Of a DNA stretch of 64,000 nucleotides, positions 30,001 to 45,000 are shown in pieces. A model generated the notes under the pieces. It saw only the letters and a list, made by a program, of their open reading frames with translations, did no database searches and was not told where the DNA came from. The translations under genes were made by a program, and so were the position numbers. Every line of letters begins with the position of its first letter. Positions within the stretch are counted from its first letter, which is position 1. Source of the DNA: Hypanus sabinus (taxonomy: Eukaryota); the NCBI RefSeq assembly GCF_030144855.1, contig NC_082730.1, forward strand, positions 14,136,001 to 14,200,000, read 5' to 3'.

Positions 30001-33000
30001 GAACACCGAGTCTGGACATGGAACCTGGTGGAACACCGAGCCTGAACTTGGACTCGAGTGGAACACCGAGTCTGGACATGGAACCAAGTGGAACACCGAG
30101 CCTGGACTTGGACTCGAGTGGAACACCGAGCCTGGACTTGGACTCGAGTGGAACACCGAGCCTGGACTTGGACTCGAGTGGAACACCGAGCCTGGACTTG
30201 GACTCGAGTGGAACACCGAGCCTGGACTTGGACTCGAGCAGAACACCAAGCCTGGACTTGGAACTGAGTGGAACACCGAGCCTGGACTGGACTCGAGTGG
30301 AACACCGAGCCTGGACTTGGACTCGAGTGGAACACCGAGCCTGGATTTGGACTCGAGTGGAACATCGAGCCCGGACTTGGACTCGAGCGGAACACCAAGC
30401 CTGGACTTGGAACTGAGTGGAACACCGAGCCTGGACTTGGACTCGAGTGGAACACCGAGCCTGGACTTGGACTCGAGTGGAACACCGAGCCTGGATTTGG
30501 ACTCGAGTGGAACACCGAGCCTGGACTTGGACTCGAGCGGAACACCGAGACTGGACTTGGACTCGCGTGGAACACCGAACCTGGACATGGACTCGAGTGG
30601 AACACCGAGCCTGGACTTGGACTCGAGTGGAACACCGAGCCTGGACTTGGACTCGAGTGGAACACCAAGCCTGGACTTGGACTCGAGTGGAACACCGAGC
30701 CTGGATTTGGACTCGAGTGGAACACCGAGCCTGGACCTGGACTCGAGCGGAACACCGAGCCTGGACTTGGAACTGAGTGGAACACCGAGCCTGGACTGGA
30801 CTCGAGTGGAACACCGAACCTGGACTTGGACTCGAGTGGAACACCGAACCTGGACTTGGACTCGAGTGGAACACCGAGCCTGGACTTGAACTCGAGTGGA
30901 ACACCGAGCCTGGACTTGGACTCGAGTGGAACACCGAGCCTGGACTTGGACTCAAGTGGAACACCGAACCTGGACATGGAACCAAGTGGAACACCGAGCC
31001 TGGACTTGAACTCCAGTGGAACACCGAGACTGGACTTGGACTCGAGTGGAACACCAAGACTGGACTTGGACTCGAGTGGAACACCGAGCCTGGACTGGAC
31101 TCGAGTGGAACACCGAGCCTGGACTGGACTCGAGTGGAACACTGAGCCTGGACTTGGACTCGAGTGGAACACCGAGCCTGGACTTGGACTCGAGTGGAAC
31201 ACCGAACCTGGACATGGACTCGAGTGGAACACCGAGCTTGGACTTGGACTCGAGTGGAACACCGAACCGGGACTTGGAACTGAGTGGAACACCGAGCCTG
31301 GACTGGACTCGAGTGGAACACCGAGCCTGGACTGGACTCGAGTGGAACACCGAGCCTGGACTTGAACTCGAGTGGAACCGAGCCTGGACTTGGACTCGAG
31401 TGGAACACCGAGCCTGGACTTGGACTCGAGTGGAACACCGAGCCTGGACTTGGACTCGAGTGGAACACCGAGCCTGGACTTGGACTCGAGTGGAACACCG
31501 AGCCTGGACTTGGACACGAGTGGAACACCGAGCCTGGACATGGACTCGAGTGGAACACCGAGCCTGGACTTGGACTCGAGTGGAACACCGAGTCTGGACA
31601 TGGAACCTGGTGGAACACCGAGCCTGAACTTGGACTCGAGTGGAACACCGAGTCTGGACATGGAACCAAGTGGAACACCGAGCCTGGACTTGGACTCGAG
31701 TGGAACACCGAGCCTGGACTTGGACTCGAGTGGAACACCGAGCCTGGACTTGGACTCGAGTGGAACACCGAGCCTGGACTTGGACTCGAGTGGAACACCG
31801 AGCCTGGACTTGGACTCGAGCAGAACACCAAGCCTGGACTTGGAACTGAGTGGAACACCGAGCCTGGACTGGACTCGAGTGGAACACCGAGCCTGGACTT
31901 GGACTCGAGTGGAACACCGAGCCTGGATTTGGACTCGAGTGGAACATCGAGCCCGGACTTGGACTCGAGCGGAACACCAAGCCTGGACTTGGAACTGAGT
32001 GGAACACCGAGCCTGGACTTGGACTCGAGTGGAACACCGAGCCTGGACTTGGACTCGAGTGGAACACTGTGCCTGGACTTGGACTCGAGTGGAACACCGA
32101 GCCTGGACTTGGACTCGAGTGGAACACCGAACCTGGACATGGACTCGAGTGGAACACCGAGCCTGGACTTGGACTCGAGTGGAACACCGAACCGGGACTT
32201 GGAACTGAGTGGAACACCGAGCCTGGACTGGACTCGAGTGGAACACCGAGCCTGGACTGGACTCGAGTGGAACACCGAGCCTGGACTTGAACTCGAGTGG
32301 AACCGAGCCTGGACTTGGACTCGAGTGGAACACCGAGCCTGGACTTGGACTCGAGTGGAACACCGAGCCTGGACTTGGACTCGAGTGGAACACCGAGCCT
32401 GGACTTGGACACGAGTGGAACACCGAGCCTGGACTTGGACTCGAGTGGAACACCGAGCCTGGACTTGGACTCGAGTGGAACACCGAGTCTGGACATGGAA
32501 CCTGGTGGAACACCGAGCCTGAACTTGGACTCGAGTGGAACACCGAGTCTGGACATGGAACCAAGTGGAACACCGAGCCTGGACTTGGACTCGAGTGGAA
32601 CACCGAGCCTGGACTTGGACTCGAGTGGAACACCGAGCCTGGAGTTGGACTCGAGTGGAACACCGAGCCTGGACTTGGACTCGAGTGGAACACCGAGCCT
32701 GGACTTGGACTCGAGCAGAACACCAAGCCTGGACTTGGAACTGAGTGGAACACCGAGCCTGGACTGGACTCGAGTGGAACACCGAGCCTGGACTTGGACT
32801 CGAGTGGAACACCGAGCCTGGATTTGGACTCGAGTGGAACATCGAGCCCGGACTTGGACTCGAGCGGAACACCAAGCCTGGACTTGGAACTGAGTGGAAC
32901 ACCGAGCCTGGACTTGGACTCGAGTGGAACACCGAGCCTGGACTTGGACTCGAGTGGAACACCGAGCCTGGATTTGGACTCGAGTGGAACACCGAGCCTG

Positions 33001-36000
33001 GACTTGGACTCGAGCGGAACACCGAGACTGGACTTGGACTCGCGTGGAACACCGAACCTGGACATGGACTCGAGTGGAACACCGAGCCTGGACTTGGACT
33101 CGAGTGGAACACCGAGCCTGGACTTGGACTCGAGTGGAACACCAAGCCTGGACTTGGACTCGAGTGGAACACCGAGCCTGGATTTGGACTCGAGTGGAAC
33201 ACCGAGCCTGGACCTGGACTCGAGCGGAACACCGAGCCTGGACTTGGAACTGAGTGGAACACCGAGCCTGGACTGGACTCGAGTGGAACACCGAACCTGG
33301 ACTTGGACTCGAGTGGAACACCGAACCTGGACTTGGACTCGAGTGGAACACCGAGCCTGGACTTGAACTCGAGTGGAACACCGAGCCTGGACTTGGACTC
33401 GAGTGGAACACCGAGCCTGGACTTGGACTCAAGTGGAACACCGAACCTGGACATGGAACCAAGTGGAACACCGAGCCTGGACTTGGACTCGAGTGGAACA
33501 CCAAGCCTGGACTTGGACTCGAGTGGAACACCGAGCCTGGATTTGGACTCGAGTGGAACACCGAGCCTGGACCTGGACTCGAGCGGAACACCGAGCCTGG
33601 ACTTGGAACTGAGTGGAACACCGAGCCTGGACTGGACTCGAGTGGAACACCGAACCTGGACTTGGACTCGAGTGGAACACCGAACCTGGACTTGGACTCG
33701 AGTGGAACACCGAGCCTGGACTTGAACTCGAGTGGAACACCGAGCCTGGACTTGGACTCGAGTGGAACACCGAGCCTGGACTTGGACTCAAGTGGAACAC
33801 CGAACCTGGACATGGAACCAAGTGGAACACCGAGCCTGGACTTGAACTCCAGTGGAACACCGAGACTGGACTTGGACTCGAGTGGAACACCAAGACTGGA
33901 CTTGGACTCGAGTGGAACACCGAGCCTGGACTGGACTCGAGTGGAACACCGAGCCTGGACTTGGACTCGAGTGGAACACCGAACCTGGACATGGCCTCGA
34001 GTGGAACACAGAGCCTGGACTTGGACTCGAGCGGAACACCGAGTCTGGACATGGAACCAAGTGGAACACCGAGCCTGGACATGGACTCGAGTGGAACACC
34101 GAGCCTGGACTTGGACTCGAGTGGAACACCGAGCCTGGACTGGACTCGAGTGGAACACTGAGCCTGGACTTGGACTCGAGTGGAACACCGAGCCTGGACA
34201 TGGACTCGAGTGGAACACCGAGCCTGGACTTGGACTCGAGTGGAAAACCGAGCCTGGACTGGACTCGAGTGGAACACCGAGACTGGACTTGGACTCGAGT
34301 GGAACACCGAGCCTGGACTTGGACTCGAGTGGAACACCGAGCCTGGACTTGGACTCGAGTGGAACACCGAGCCTGGTCTTGGAATCGAGCAGAACACCAA
34401 GCCTGGACTTGGAACTGAGTGGAACACCGAGCCTGGACTGGACTCGAGTGGAACACCGAGCCTGGACTTGGACTCGAGTGGAACACCGAGCCTGGATTTG
34501 GACTCGAGTGGAACACCGAGCCTGGACTTGGACTCGAGCTGAACACCAAGCCTGGACTTGGAACTGAGTGGAACACCGAGCCTGGACTTGGACTCGAGTG
34601 GAACACCGAGCCTGGACTTGGACTCGAGTGGAACACCGAGCCTGGATATGGACTCGAGTGGAACACTGAGCCTGGACTTGGACTCGAGTGGAACACCGAG
34701 CCTGGACATGGACTCGAGTGGAACACCGAGCCTGGACTTGGACTCGAGTGGAACACCGAGCCTGGACTGGACTCGAGTGGAACACTGAGCCTGGACTTGG
34801 ACTCGAGTGGAACACCGAGCCTGGACTTGGACTCGAGTGGAACACCGAACCTGGACATGGACTCGAGTGGAACACCGAGCCTGGACTTGGACTCGAGTGG
34901 AACACCGAGCCTGGACTTGGACTCGAGTGGAACACCGAGCCTGGACTGGACTCGAGTGGAACACTGAGCCTGGACTTGGACTCGAGTGGAACACCGAGCC
35001 TGGACATGGACTCGAGTGGAACACCGAGCCTGGACTTGGACTCGAGTGGAACACCGAGCCTGGACTGGACTCGAGTGGAACACTGAGCCTGGACTTGGAC
35101 TCGAGTGGAACACCGAGCCTGGACTTGGACTCGAGTGGAACACCGAACCTGGACATGGACTCGAGTGGAACACCGAGCCTGGACTTGGACTCGAGTGGAA
35201 CACCGAACCGGGACTTGGAACTGAGTGGAACACCGAGCCTGGACTGGACTCGAGTGGAACACCGAGCCTGGACTGGACTCGAGTGGAACACCGAGCCTGG
35301 ACTTGAACTCGAGTGGAACCGAGCCTGGACTTGGACTCGAGTGGAACACCGAGCCTGGACTTGGACTCGAGTGGAACACCGAGCCTGGACTTGGACTCGA
35401 GTGGAACACCGAGCCTGGACTTGGACACGAGTGGAACACCGAGCCTGGACTTGGACTCGAGTGGAACACCGAGCCTGGACTTGGACTCGAGTGGAACACC
35501 GAGTCTGGACATGGAACCTGGTGGAACACCGAGCCTGAACTTGGACTCGAGTGGAACACCGAGTCTGGACATGGAACCAAGTGGAACACCGAGCCTGGAC
35601 TTGGACTCGAGTGGAACACCGAGCCTGGACTTGGACTCGAGTGGAACACCGAGCCTGGACTTGGACTCGAGTGGAACACCGAGCCTGGACTTGGACTCGA
35701 GTGGAACACCGAGCCTGGACTTGGACTCGAGCAGAACACCAAGCCTGGACTTGGAACTGAGTGGAACACCGAGCCTGGACTGGACTCGAGTGGAACACCG
35801 AGCCTGGACTTGGACTCGAGTGGAACACCGAGCCTGGATTTGGACTCGAGTGGAACATCGAGCCCGGACTTGGACTCGAGCGGAACACCAAGCCTGGACT
35901 TGGAACTGAGTGGAACACCGAGCCTGGACTTGGACTCGAGTGGAACACCGAGCCTGGACTTGGACTCGAGTGGAACACTGAGCCTGGACTTGGACTCGAG

Positions 36001-39000
36001 TGGAACACCGAGCCTGGACTTGGACTCGAGTGGAACACCGAACCTGGACATGGACTCGAGTGGAACACCGAGCCTGGACTTGGACTCGAGTGGAACACCG
36101 AACCGGGACTTGGAACTGAGTGGAACACCGAGCCTGGACTGGACTCGAGTGGAACACCGAGCCTGGACTGGACTCGAGTGGAACACCGAGCCTGGACTTG
36201 AACTCGAGTGGAACCGAGCCTGGACTTGGACTCGAGTGGAACACCGAGCCTGGACTTGGACTCGAGTGGAACACCGAGCCTGGACTTGGACTCGAGTGGA
36301 ACACCGAGCCTGGACTTGGACACGAGTGGAACACCGAGCCTGGACTTGGACTCGAGTGGAACACCGAGCCTGGACTTGGACTCGAGTGGAACACCGAGTC
36401 TGGACATGGAACCTGGTGGAACACCGAGCCTGAACTTGGACTCGAGTGGAACACCGAGTCTGGACATGGAACCAAGTGGAACACCGAGCCTGGACTTGGA
36501 CTCGAGTGGAACACCGAGCCTGGACTTGGAATCGAGTGGAACACCGAGCCTGGACTTGGACTCGAGTGGAACACCGAGCCTGGACTTGGACTCGAGTGGA
36601 ACACCGAGCCTGGACTTGGACTCGAGCAGAACACCAAGCCTGGACTTGGAACTGAGTGGAACACCGAGCCTGGACTGGACTCGAGTGGAACACCGAGCCT
36701 GGACTTGGACTCGAGTGGAACACCGAGCCTGGATTTGGACTCGAGTGGAACATCGAGCCCGGACTTGGACTCGAGCGGAACACCAAGCCTGGACTTGGAA
36801 CTGAGTGGAACACCGAGCCTGGACTTGGACTCGAGTGGAACACCGAGCCTGGACTTGGACTCGAGTGGAACACCGAGCCTGGATTTGGACTCGAGTGGAA
36901 CACCGAGCCTGGACTTGGACTCGAGCGGAACACCGAGACTGGACTTGGACTCGCGTGGAACACCGAACCTGGACATGGACTCGAGTGGAACACCGAGCCT
37001 GGACTTGGACTCGAGTGGAACACCGAGCCTGGACTTGGACTCGAGTGGAACACCAAGCCTGGACTTGGACTCGAGTGGAACACCGAGCCTGGATTTGGAC
37101 TCGAGTGGAACACCGAGCCTGGACCTGGACTCGAGCGGAACACCGAGCCTGGACTTGGAACTGAGTGGAACACCGAGCCTGGACTGGACTCGAGTGGAAC
37201 ACCGAACCTGGACTTGGACTCGAGTGGAACACCGAACCTGGACTTGGACTCGAGTGGAACACCGAGCCTGGACTTGAACTCGAGTGGAACACCGAGCCTG
37301 TACTTGGACTCGAGTGGAACACCGAGCCTGGACTTGGACTCAAGTGGAACACCGAACCTGGACATGGAACCAAGTGGAACACCGAGCCTGGACTTGAACT
37401 CCAGTGGAACACCGAGACTGGACTTGGACTCGAGTGGAACACCAAGACTGGACTTGGACTCGAGTGGAACACCGAGCCTGGACTGGACTCGAGTGGAACA
37501 CCGAGCCTGGACTTGGACTCGAGTGGAACACCGAACCTGGACATGGCCTCGAGTGGAACACAGAGCCTGGACTTGGACTCGAGCGGAACACCGAGTCTGG
37601 ACATGGAACCAAGTGGAACACCGAGCCTGGACATGGACTCGAGTGGAACACCGAGCCTGGACTTGGACTCGAGTGGAACACCGAGCCTGGACTGGACTCG
37701 AGTGGAACACTGAGCCTGGACTTGGACTCGAGTGGAACACCGAGCCTGGACATGGACTCGAGTGGAACACCGAGCCTGGACTTGGACTCGAGTGGAACAC
37801 CGAGCCTGGACTGGACTCGAGTGGAACACCGAGCCTGGACTTGGACTCGAGTGGAACACCGAGCCTGGACTTGGACTCGAGTGGAACACCGAGCCTGGAC
37901 TTGGACTCGAGTGGAACACCGAGCCTGGACTTGGAATCGAGCAGAACACCAAGCCTGGACTTGGAACTGAGTGGAACACCGAGCCTGGACTGGACTCGAG
38001 TGGAACACCGAGCCTGGACTTGGACTCTAGTGGAACACCGAGCCTGGATTTGGACTCGAGTGGAACACCGAGCCTGGACTTGGACTCGAGCGGAACACCA
38101 AGCCTGGACTTGGAACTGAGTGGAACACCGAGCCTGGACTTGGACTCGAGTGGAACACCGAGCCTGGACTTGGACTCGAGTGGAACACCGAGCCTGGATA
38201 TGGACTCGAGTGGAACACTGAGCCTGGACTTGGACTCGAGTGGAACACCGAGCCTGGACATGGACTCGAGTGGAACACCGAGCCTGGACTTGGACTCGAG
38301 TGGAACACCGAGCCTGGACTGGACTCGAGTGGAACACCGAGCCTGGACTTGGACTCGAGTGGAACACCGAGCCTGGACTTGGACTCGAGTGGAACACCGA
38401 ACCTGGACATGGACTCGAGTGGAACACCGAGCCTGGACTTGGACTCGAGTGGAACACCGAACCGGGACTTGGAACCGAGTGGAACACCGAGCCTGGACTG
38501 GACTCGAGTGGAACACCGAGCCTGGACTGGACTCGAGTGGAACACCGAGCCTGGACTTGAACTCGAGTGGAACCGAGCCTGGACTTGGACTCGAGTGGAA
38601 CACCGAGCCTGGACTTGGACTCGAGTGGAACACCGAGCCTGGACTTGGACTCGAGTGGAACACCGAGCCTGGACTTGGACTCGAGTGGAACACCGAGCCT
38701 GGACTTGGACACGAGTGGAACACCGAGCCTGGACTTGGACTCGAGTGGAACACCGAGCCTGGACTTGGACTCGAGTGGAACACCGAGTCTGGACATGGAA
38801 CCTGGTGGAACACCGAGCCTGAACTTGGACTCGAGTGGAACACCGAGTCTGGACATGGAACCAAGTGGAACACCGAGCCTGGACTTGGACTCGAGTGGAA
38901 CACCGAGCCTGGACTTGGACTCGAGTGGAACACCGAGCCTGGACTTGGACTCGAGTGGAACACCGAGCCTGGACTTGGACTCGAGTGGAACACCGAGCCT

Positions 39001-42000
39001 GGACTTGGACTCGAGCATAACACCAAGCCTGGACTTGGAACTGAGTGGAACACCGAGCCTGGACTGGACTCGAGTGGAACACCGAGCCTGGACTTGGACT
39101 CGAGTGGAACACCGAGCCTGGATTTGGACTCGAGTGGAACATCGAGCCTGGACTTGGACTCGAGCGGAACACCAAGCCTGGACTTGGAACTGAGTGGAAC
39201 ACCGAGCCTGGACTCGATTGGAACACCGAGCCTGGACTTGGACTCGTGGAACACCGAGCCTGGATTTGGACTCGAGTGGAACACCGAGCCTGGACTTGGA
39301 CTCGAGCGGAACACCAAGACTGGACTTGGACTCGCGTGGAACACCGAACCTGGACATGGACTCGAGTGGAACACCGAGCCTGGACTTGGACTCGAGTGGA
39401 ACACCGAGCCTGGACTTGGACTCGAGTGGAACACCAAGCCTGGACTTGGACTCGAGTGGAACACCGAGCCTGGATTTGGACTCGAGTGGAACACCGAGCC
39501 TGGACCTGGACTCGAGCGGAACACCGAGCCTGGACTTGGAACTGAGTGGAACACCGAGCCTGGACTGGACTCGAGTGGAACACCGAACCTGGACTTGGAC
39601 TCGAGTGGAACACCGAACCTGGACTTGGACTCGAGTGGAACACCGAGCCTGGACTTGAACTCGAGTGGAACACCGAGCCTGGACTTGGACTCGAGTGGAA
39701 CACCGAGCCTGGACTTGGACTCAAGTGGAACACCGAACCTGGACATGGAACCAAGTGGAACACCGAGCCTGGACTTGAACTCCAGTGGAACACCGAGACT
39801 GGACTTGGACTCGAGTGGAACACCAAGACTGGACTTGGACTCGAGTGGAACACCGAGCCTGGACTGGACTCGAGTGGAACACCGAGCCTGGACTTGGACT
39901 CGAGTGGAACACCGAACCTGGACATGGCCTCGAGTGGAACACAGAGCCTGGACTTGGACTCGAGTGGAACACCGAGCCTGGACTGGACTCGAGTGGAACA
40001 CTGAGCCTGGACTTGGACTCGAGTGGAACACCGAGCCTGGACTTGGACTCGAGTGGAACACCGAACCTGGACATGGACTCGAGTGGAACACCAAGCCTGG
40101 ACTTGGACTCGAGTGGAACACCGAACCGGGACTTGGAACTGAGTGGAACACCGAGCCTGGACTGGACTCGAGTGGAACACCGAGCCTGGACTGGACTCGA
40201 GTGGAACACCGAGCCTGGACTTGAACTCGAGTGGAACCGAGCCTGGACTTGGACTCGAGTGGAACACCGAGCCTGGACTTGGACTCGAGTGGAACACCGA
40301 GCCTGGACTTGGACTCGAGTGGAACACCGAGCCTGGACTTGGACTCGAGTGGAACACCGAGCCTGGACTTGGACACGAGTGGAACACCGAGCCTGGACTT
40401 GGACTCGAGTGGAACACCGAGCCTGGACTTGGACTCGAGTGGAACACCGAGTCTGGACATGGAACCTGGTGGAACACCGAGCCTGAACTTGGACTCGAGT
40501 GGAACACCGAGTCTGGACATGGAACCAAGTGGAACACCGAGCCTGGACTTGGACTCGAGTGGAACACCGAGCCTGGACTTGGACTCGAGTGGAACACCGA
40601 GCCTGGACTTGGACTCGAGTGGAACTCCGAGCCTGGACTTGGACTCGAGTGGAACACCGAGCCTGGACTTGGACTCGAGCAGAACACCAAGCCTGGACTT
40701 GGAACTGAGTGGAACACCGAGCCTGGACTGGACTCGAGTGGAACACCGAGCCTGGACTTGGACTCGAGTGGAACACCGAGCCTGGATTTGGACTCGAGTG
40801 GAACATCGAGCCTGGACTTGGACTCGAGCGGAACACCAAGCCTGGACTTGGAACTGAGTGGAACACCGAGCCTGGACTCGAGTGGAACACCGAGCCTGGA
40901 CTTGGACTCGAGTGGAACACCGAGCCTGGATTTGGACTCGAGTGGAACACCGAACCTGGACTTGGACTCGAGCGGAACACCAAGACTGGACTTGGACTCG
41001 CGTGGAACACCGAACCTGGACATGGACTCGAGTGGAACACCGAGCCTGGACTTGGACTCGAGTGGAACACCGAGCCTGGACTTGGACTCGAGTGGAACAC
41101 CAAGCCTGGACTTGGACTCGAGTGGAACACCGAGCCTGGATTTGGACTCGAGTGGAACACCGAGCCTGGACCTGGACTCGAGCGGAACACCGAGCCTGGA
41201 CTTGGAACTGAGTGGAACACCGAGCCTGGACTGGACTCGAGTGGAACACCGAACCTGGACTTGGACTCGAGTGGAACACCGAACCTGGACTTGGACTCGA
41301 GTGGAACACCGAGCCTGGACTTGAACTCGAGTGGAACACCGAGCCTGGACTTGGACTCGAGTGGAACACCGAGCCTGGACTTGGACTCAAGTGGAACACC
41401 GAACCTGGACATGGAACCAAGTGGAACACCGAGCCTGGACTTGAACTCCAGTGGAACACCGAGACTGGACTTGGACTCGAGTGGAACACCAAGACTGGAC
41501 TTGGACTCGAGTGGAACACCGAGCCTGGACTGGACTCGAGTGGAACACCGAGCCTGGACTTGGACTCGAGTGGAACACCGAACCTGGACATGGCCTCGAG
41601 TGGAACACAGAGCCTGGACTTGGACTCGAGCGGAACACCGAGTCTGGACATGGAACCAAGTGGAACACCGAGCCTGGACATGGACTCGAGTGGAACACCG
41701 AGCCTGGACTTGGACTCGAGTGGAACACCGAGCCTGGACTGGACTCGAGTGGAACACTGAGCCTGGACTTGGACTCGAGTGGAACACCGAGCCTGGACAT
41801 GGACTCGAGTGGAACACCGAGCCTGGACTTGGACTCGAGTGGAACACCGAGCCTGGACTGGACTCGAGTGGAACACCGAGCCTGGACTTGGACTCGAGTG
41901 GAACACCGAGCCTGGACTTGGACTCGAGTGGAACACCGAGCCTGGACTTGGACTCGAGTGGAACACCGAGCCTGGACTTGGAATCGAGCAGAACACCAAG

Positions 42001-45000
42001 CCTGGACTTGGAACTGAGTGGAACACCGAGCCTGGACTGGACTCGAGTGGAACACCGAGCCTGGACTTGGACTCGAGTGGAACACCGAGCCTGGATTTGG
42101 ACTCGAGTGGAACACCGAGCCTGGACTTGGACTCGAGCGGAACACCAAGCCTGGACTTGGAACTGAGTGGAACACCGAGCCTGGACTTGGACTCGAGTGG
42201 AACACCGAGCCTGGACTTGGACTCGAGTGGAACACCGAGCCTGGATATGGACTCGAGTGGAACACCGAGCCTGGACTTGGACTCGAGCGGAACACCAAGA
42301 CTGGACTTGGACTCGCGTGGAACACCGAACCTGGACATGGACTCGAGTGGAACACCGAGCCTGGACTTGGACTCGAGTGGAACACCGAGCCTGGACTTGG
42401 ACTCGAGTGGAACACCAAGCCTGGACTTGGACTCGAGTGGAACACCGAGCCTGGATTTGGACTCGAGTGGAACACCGAGCCTGGACCTGGACTCGAGCGG
42501 AACACCGAGCCTGGACTTGGAACTGAGTGGAACACCGAGCCTGGACTGGACTCGAGTGGAACACCGAACCTGGACTTGGACTCGAGTGGAACACCGAACC
42601 TGGACTTGGACTCGAGTGGAACACCGAGCCTGGACTTGAACTCGAGTGGAACACCGAGCCTGGACTTGGACTCGAGTGGAACACCGAGCCTGAACTTGGA
42701 CTCAAGTGGAACACCGAACCTGGACATGGAACCAAGTGGAACACCGAGCCTGGACTTGAACTCCAGTGGAACACCGAGACTGGACTTGGACTCGAGTGGA
42801 ACACCAAGACTGGACTTGGACTCGAGTGGAACACCGAGCCTGGACTGGACTCGAGTGGAACACCGAGCCTGGACTTGGACTCGAGTGGAACACCGAACCT
42901 GGACATGGCCTCGAGTGGAACACAGAGCCTGGACTTGGACTCGAGCGGAACACCGAGTCTGGACATGGAACCAAGTGGAACACCGAACCTGGACATGGAC
43001 TCGAGTGGAACACCGAGCCTGGACTTGGACTCGAGTGGAACACCGAGCCTGGACTGGACTCGAGTGGAACACTGAGCCTGGACTTGGACTCGAGTGGAAC
43101 ACCGAGCCTGGACATGGACTCGAGTGGAACACCGAGCTTGGACTTGGACTCGAGTGGAACACCGAGCCTGGACTGGACTCGAGTGGAACACCGAGCCTGG
43201 ACCTGGACTCGAGCGGAACACCGAGCCTGGACTTGGAACTGAGTGGAACACCGAGCCTGGACTGGACTCGAGTGGAACACCGAACCTGGACTTGGACTCG
43301 AGTGGAACACCGAACCTGGACTTGGACTCGAGTGGAACACCGAGCCTGGACTTGAACTCGAGTGGAACACCGAGCCTGGACTTGGACTCGAGTGGAACAC
43401 CGAGCCTGGACTTGGACTCAAGTGGAACACCGAACCTGGACATGGAACCAAGTGGAACACCGAGCCTGGACTTGAACTCCAGTGGAACACCGAGACTGGA
43501 CTTGGACTCGAGTGGAACACCAAGACTGGACTTGGACTCGAGTGGAACACCGAGCCTGGACTGGACTCGAGTGGAACACCGAGCCTGGACTTGGACTCGA
43601 GTGGAACACCGAACCTGGACATGGCCTCGAGTGGAACACAGAGCCTGGACTTGGACTCGAGCGGAACACCGAGTCTGGACATGGAACCAAGTGGAACACC
43701 GAGCCTGGACATGGACTCGAGTGGAACACCGAGCCTGGACTTGGACTCGAGTGGAACACCGAGCCTGGACTGGACTCGAGTGGAACACTGAGCCTGGACT
43801 TGGACTCGAGTGGAACACCGAGCCTGGACATGGACTCGAGTGGAACACCGAGCCTGGACTTGGACTCGAGTGGAACACCGAGCCTGGACTGGACTCGAGT
43901 GGAACACCGAGCCTGGACTTGGACTCGAGTGGAACACCGAGCCTGGACTTGGACTCGAGTGGAACACCGAGCCTGGACTTGGACTCGAGTGGAACACCGA
44001 GCCTGGACTTGGAATCGAGCAGAACACCAAGCCTGGACTTGGAACTGAGTGGAACACCGAGCCTGGACTGGACTCGAGTGGAACACCGAGCCTGGACTTG
44101 GACTCGAGTGGAACACCGAGCCTGGATTTGGACTCGAGTGGAACACCGAGCCTGGACTTGGACTCGAGCGGAACACCAAGCCTGGACTTGGAACTGAGTG
44201 GAACACCGAGCCTGGACTTGGACTCGAGTGGAACACCGAGCCTGGACTTGGACTCGAGTGGAACACCGAGCCTGGATATGGACTCGAGTGGAACACCGAG
44301 CCTGGACTTGGACTCGAGCGGAACACCAAGACTGGACTTGGACTCGCGTGGAACACCGAACCTGGACATGGACTCGAGTGGAACACCGAGCCTGGACTTG
44401 GACTCGAGTGGAACACCGAGCCTGGACTTGGACTCGAGTGGAACACCAAGCCTGGACTTGGACTCGAGTGGAACACCGAGCCTGGATTTGGACTCGAGTG
44501 GAACACCGAGCCTGGACCTGGACTCGAGCGGAACACCGAGCCTGGACTTGGAACTGAGTGGAACACCGAGCCTGGACTGGACTCGAGTGGAACACCGAAC
44601 CTGGACTTGGACTCGAGTGGAACACCGAACCTGGACTTGGACTCGAGTGGAACACCGAGCCTGGACTTGAACTCGAGTGGAACACCGAGCCTGGACTTGG
44701 ACTCGAGTGGAACACCGAGCCTGGACTTGGACTCAAGTGGAACACCGAACCTGGACATGGAACCAAGTGGAACACCGAGCCTGGACTTGAACTCCAGTGG
44801 AACACCGAGACTGGACTTGGACTCGAGTGGAACACCAAGACTGGACTTGGACTCGAGTGGAACACCGAGCCTGGACTGGACTCGAGTGGAACACCGAGCC
44901 TGGACTTGGACTCGAGTGGAACACCGAACCTGGACATGGCCTCGAGTGGAACACAGAGCCTGGACTTGGACTCGAGCGGAACACCGAGTCTGGACATGGA

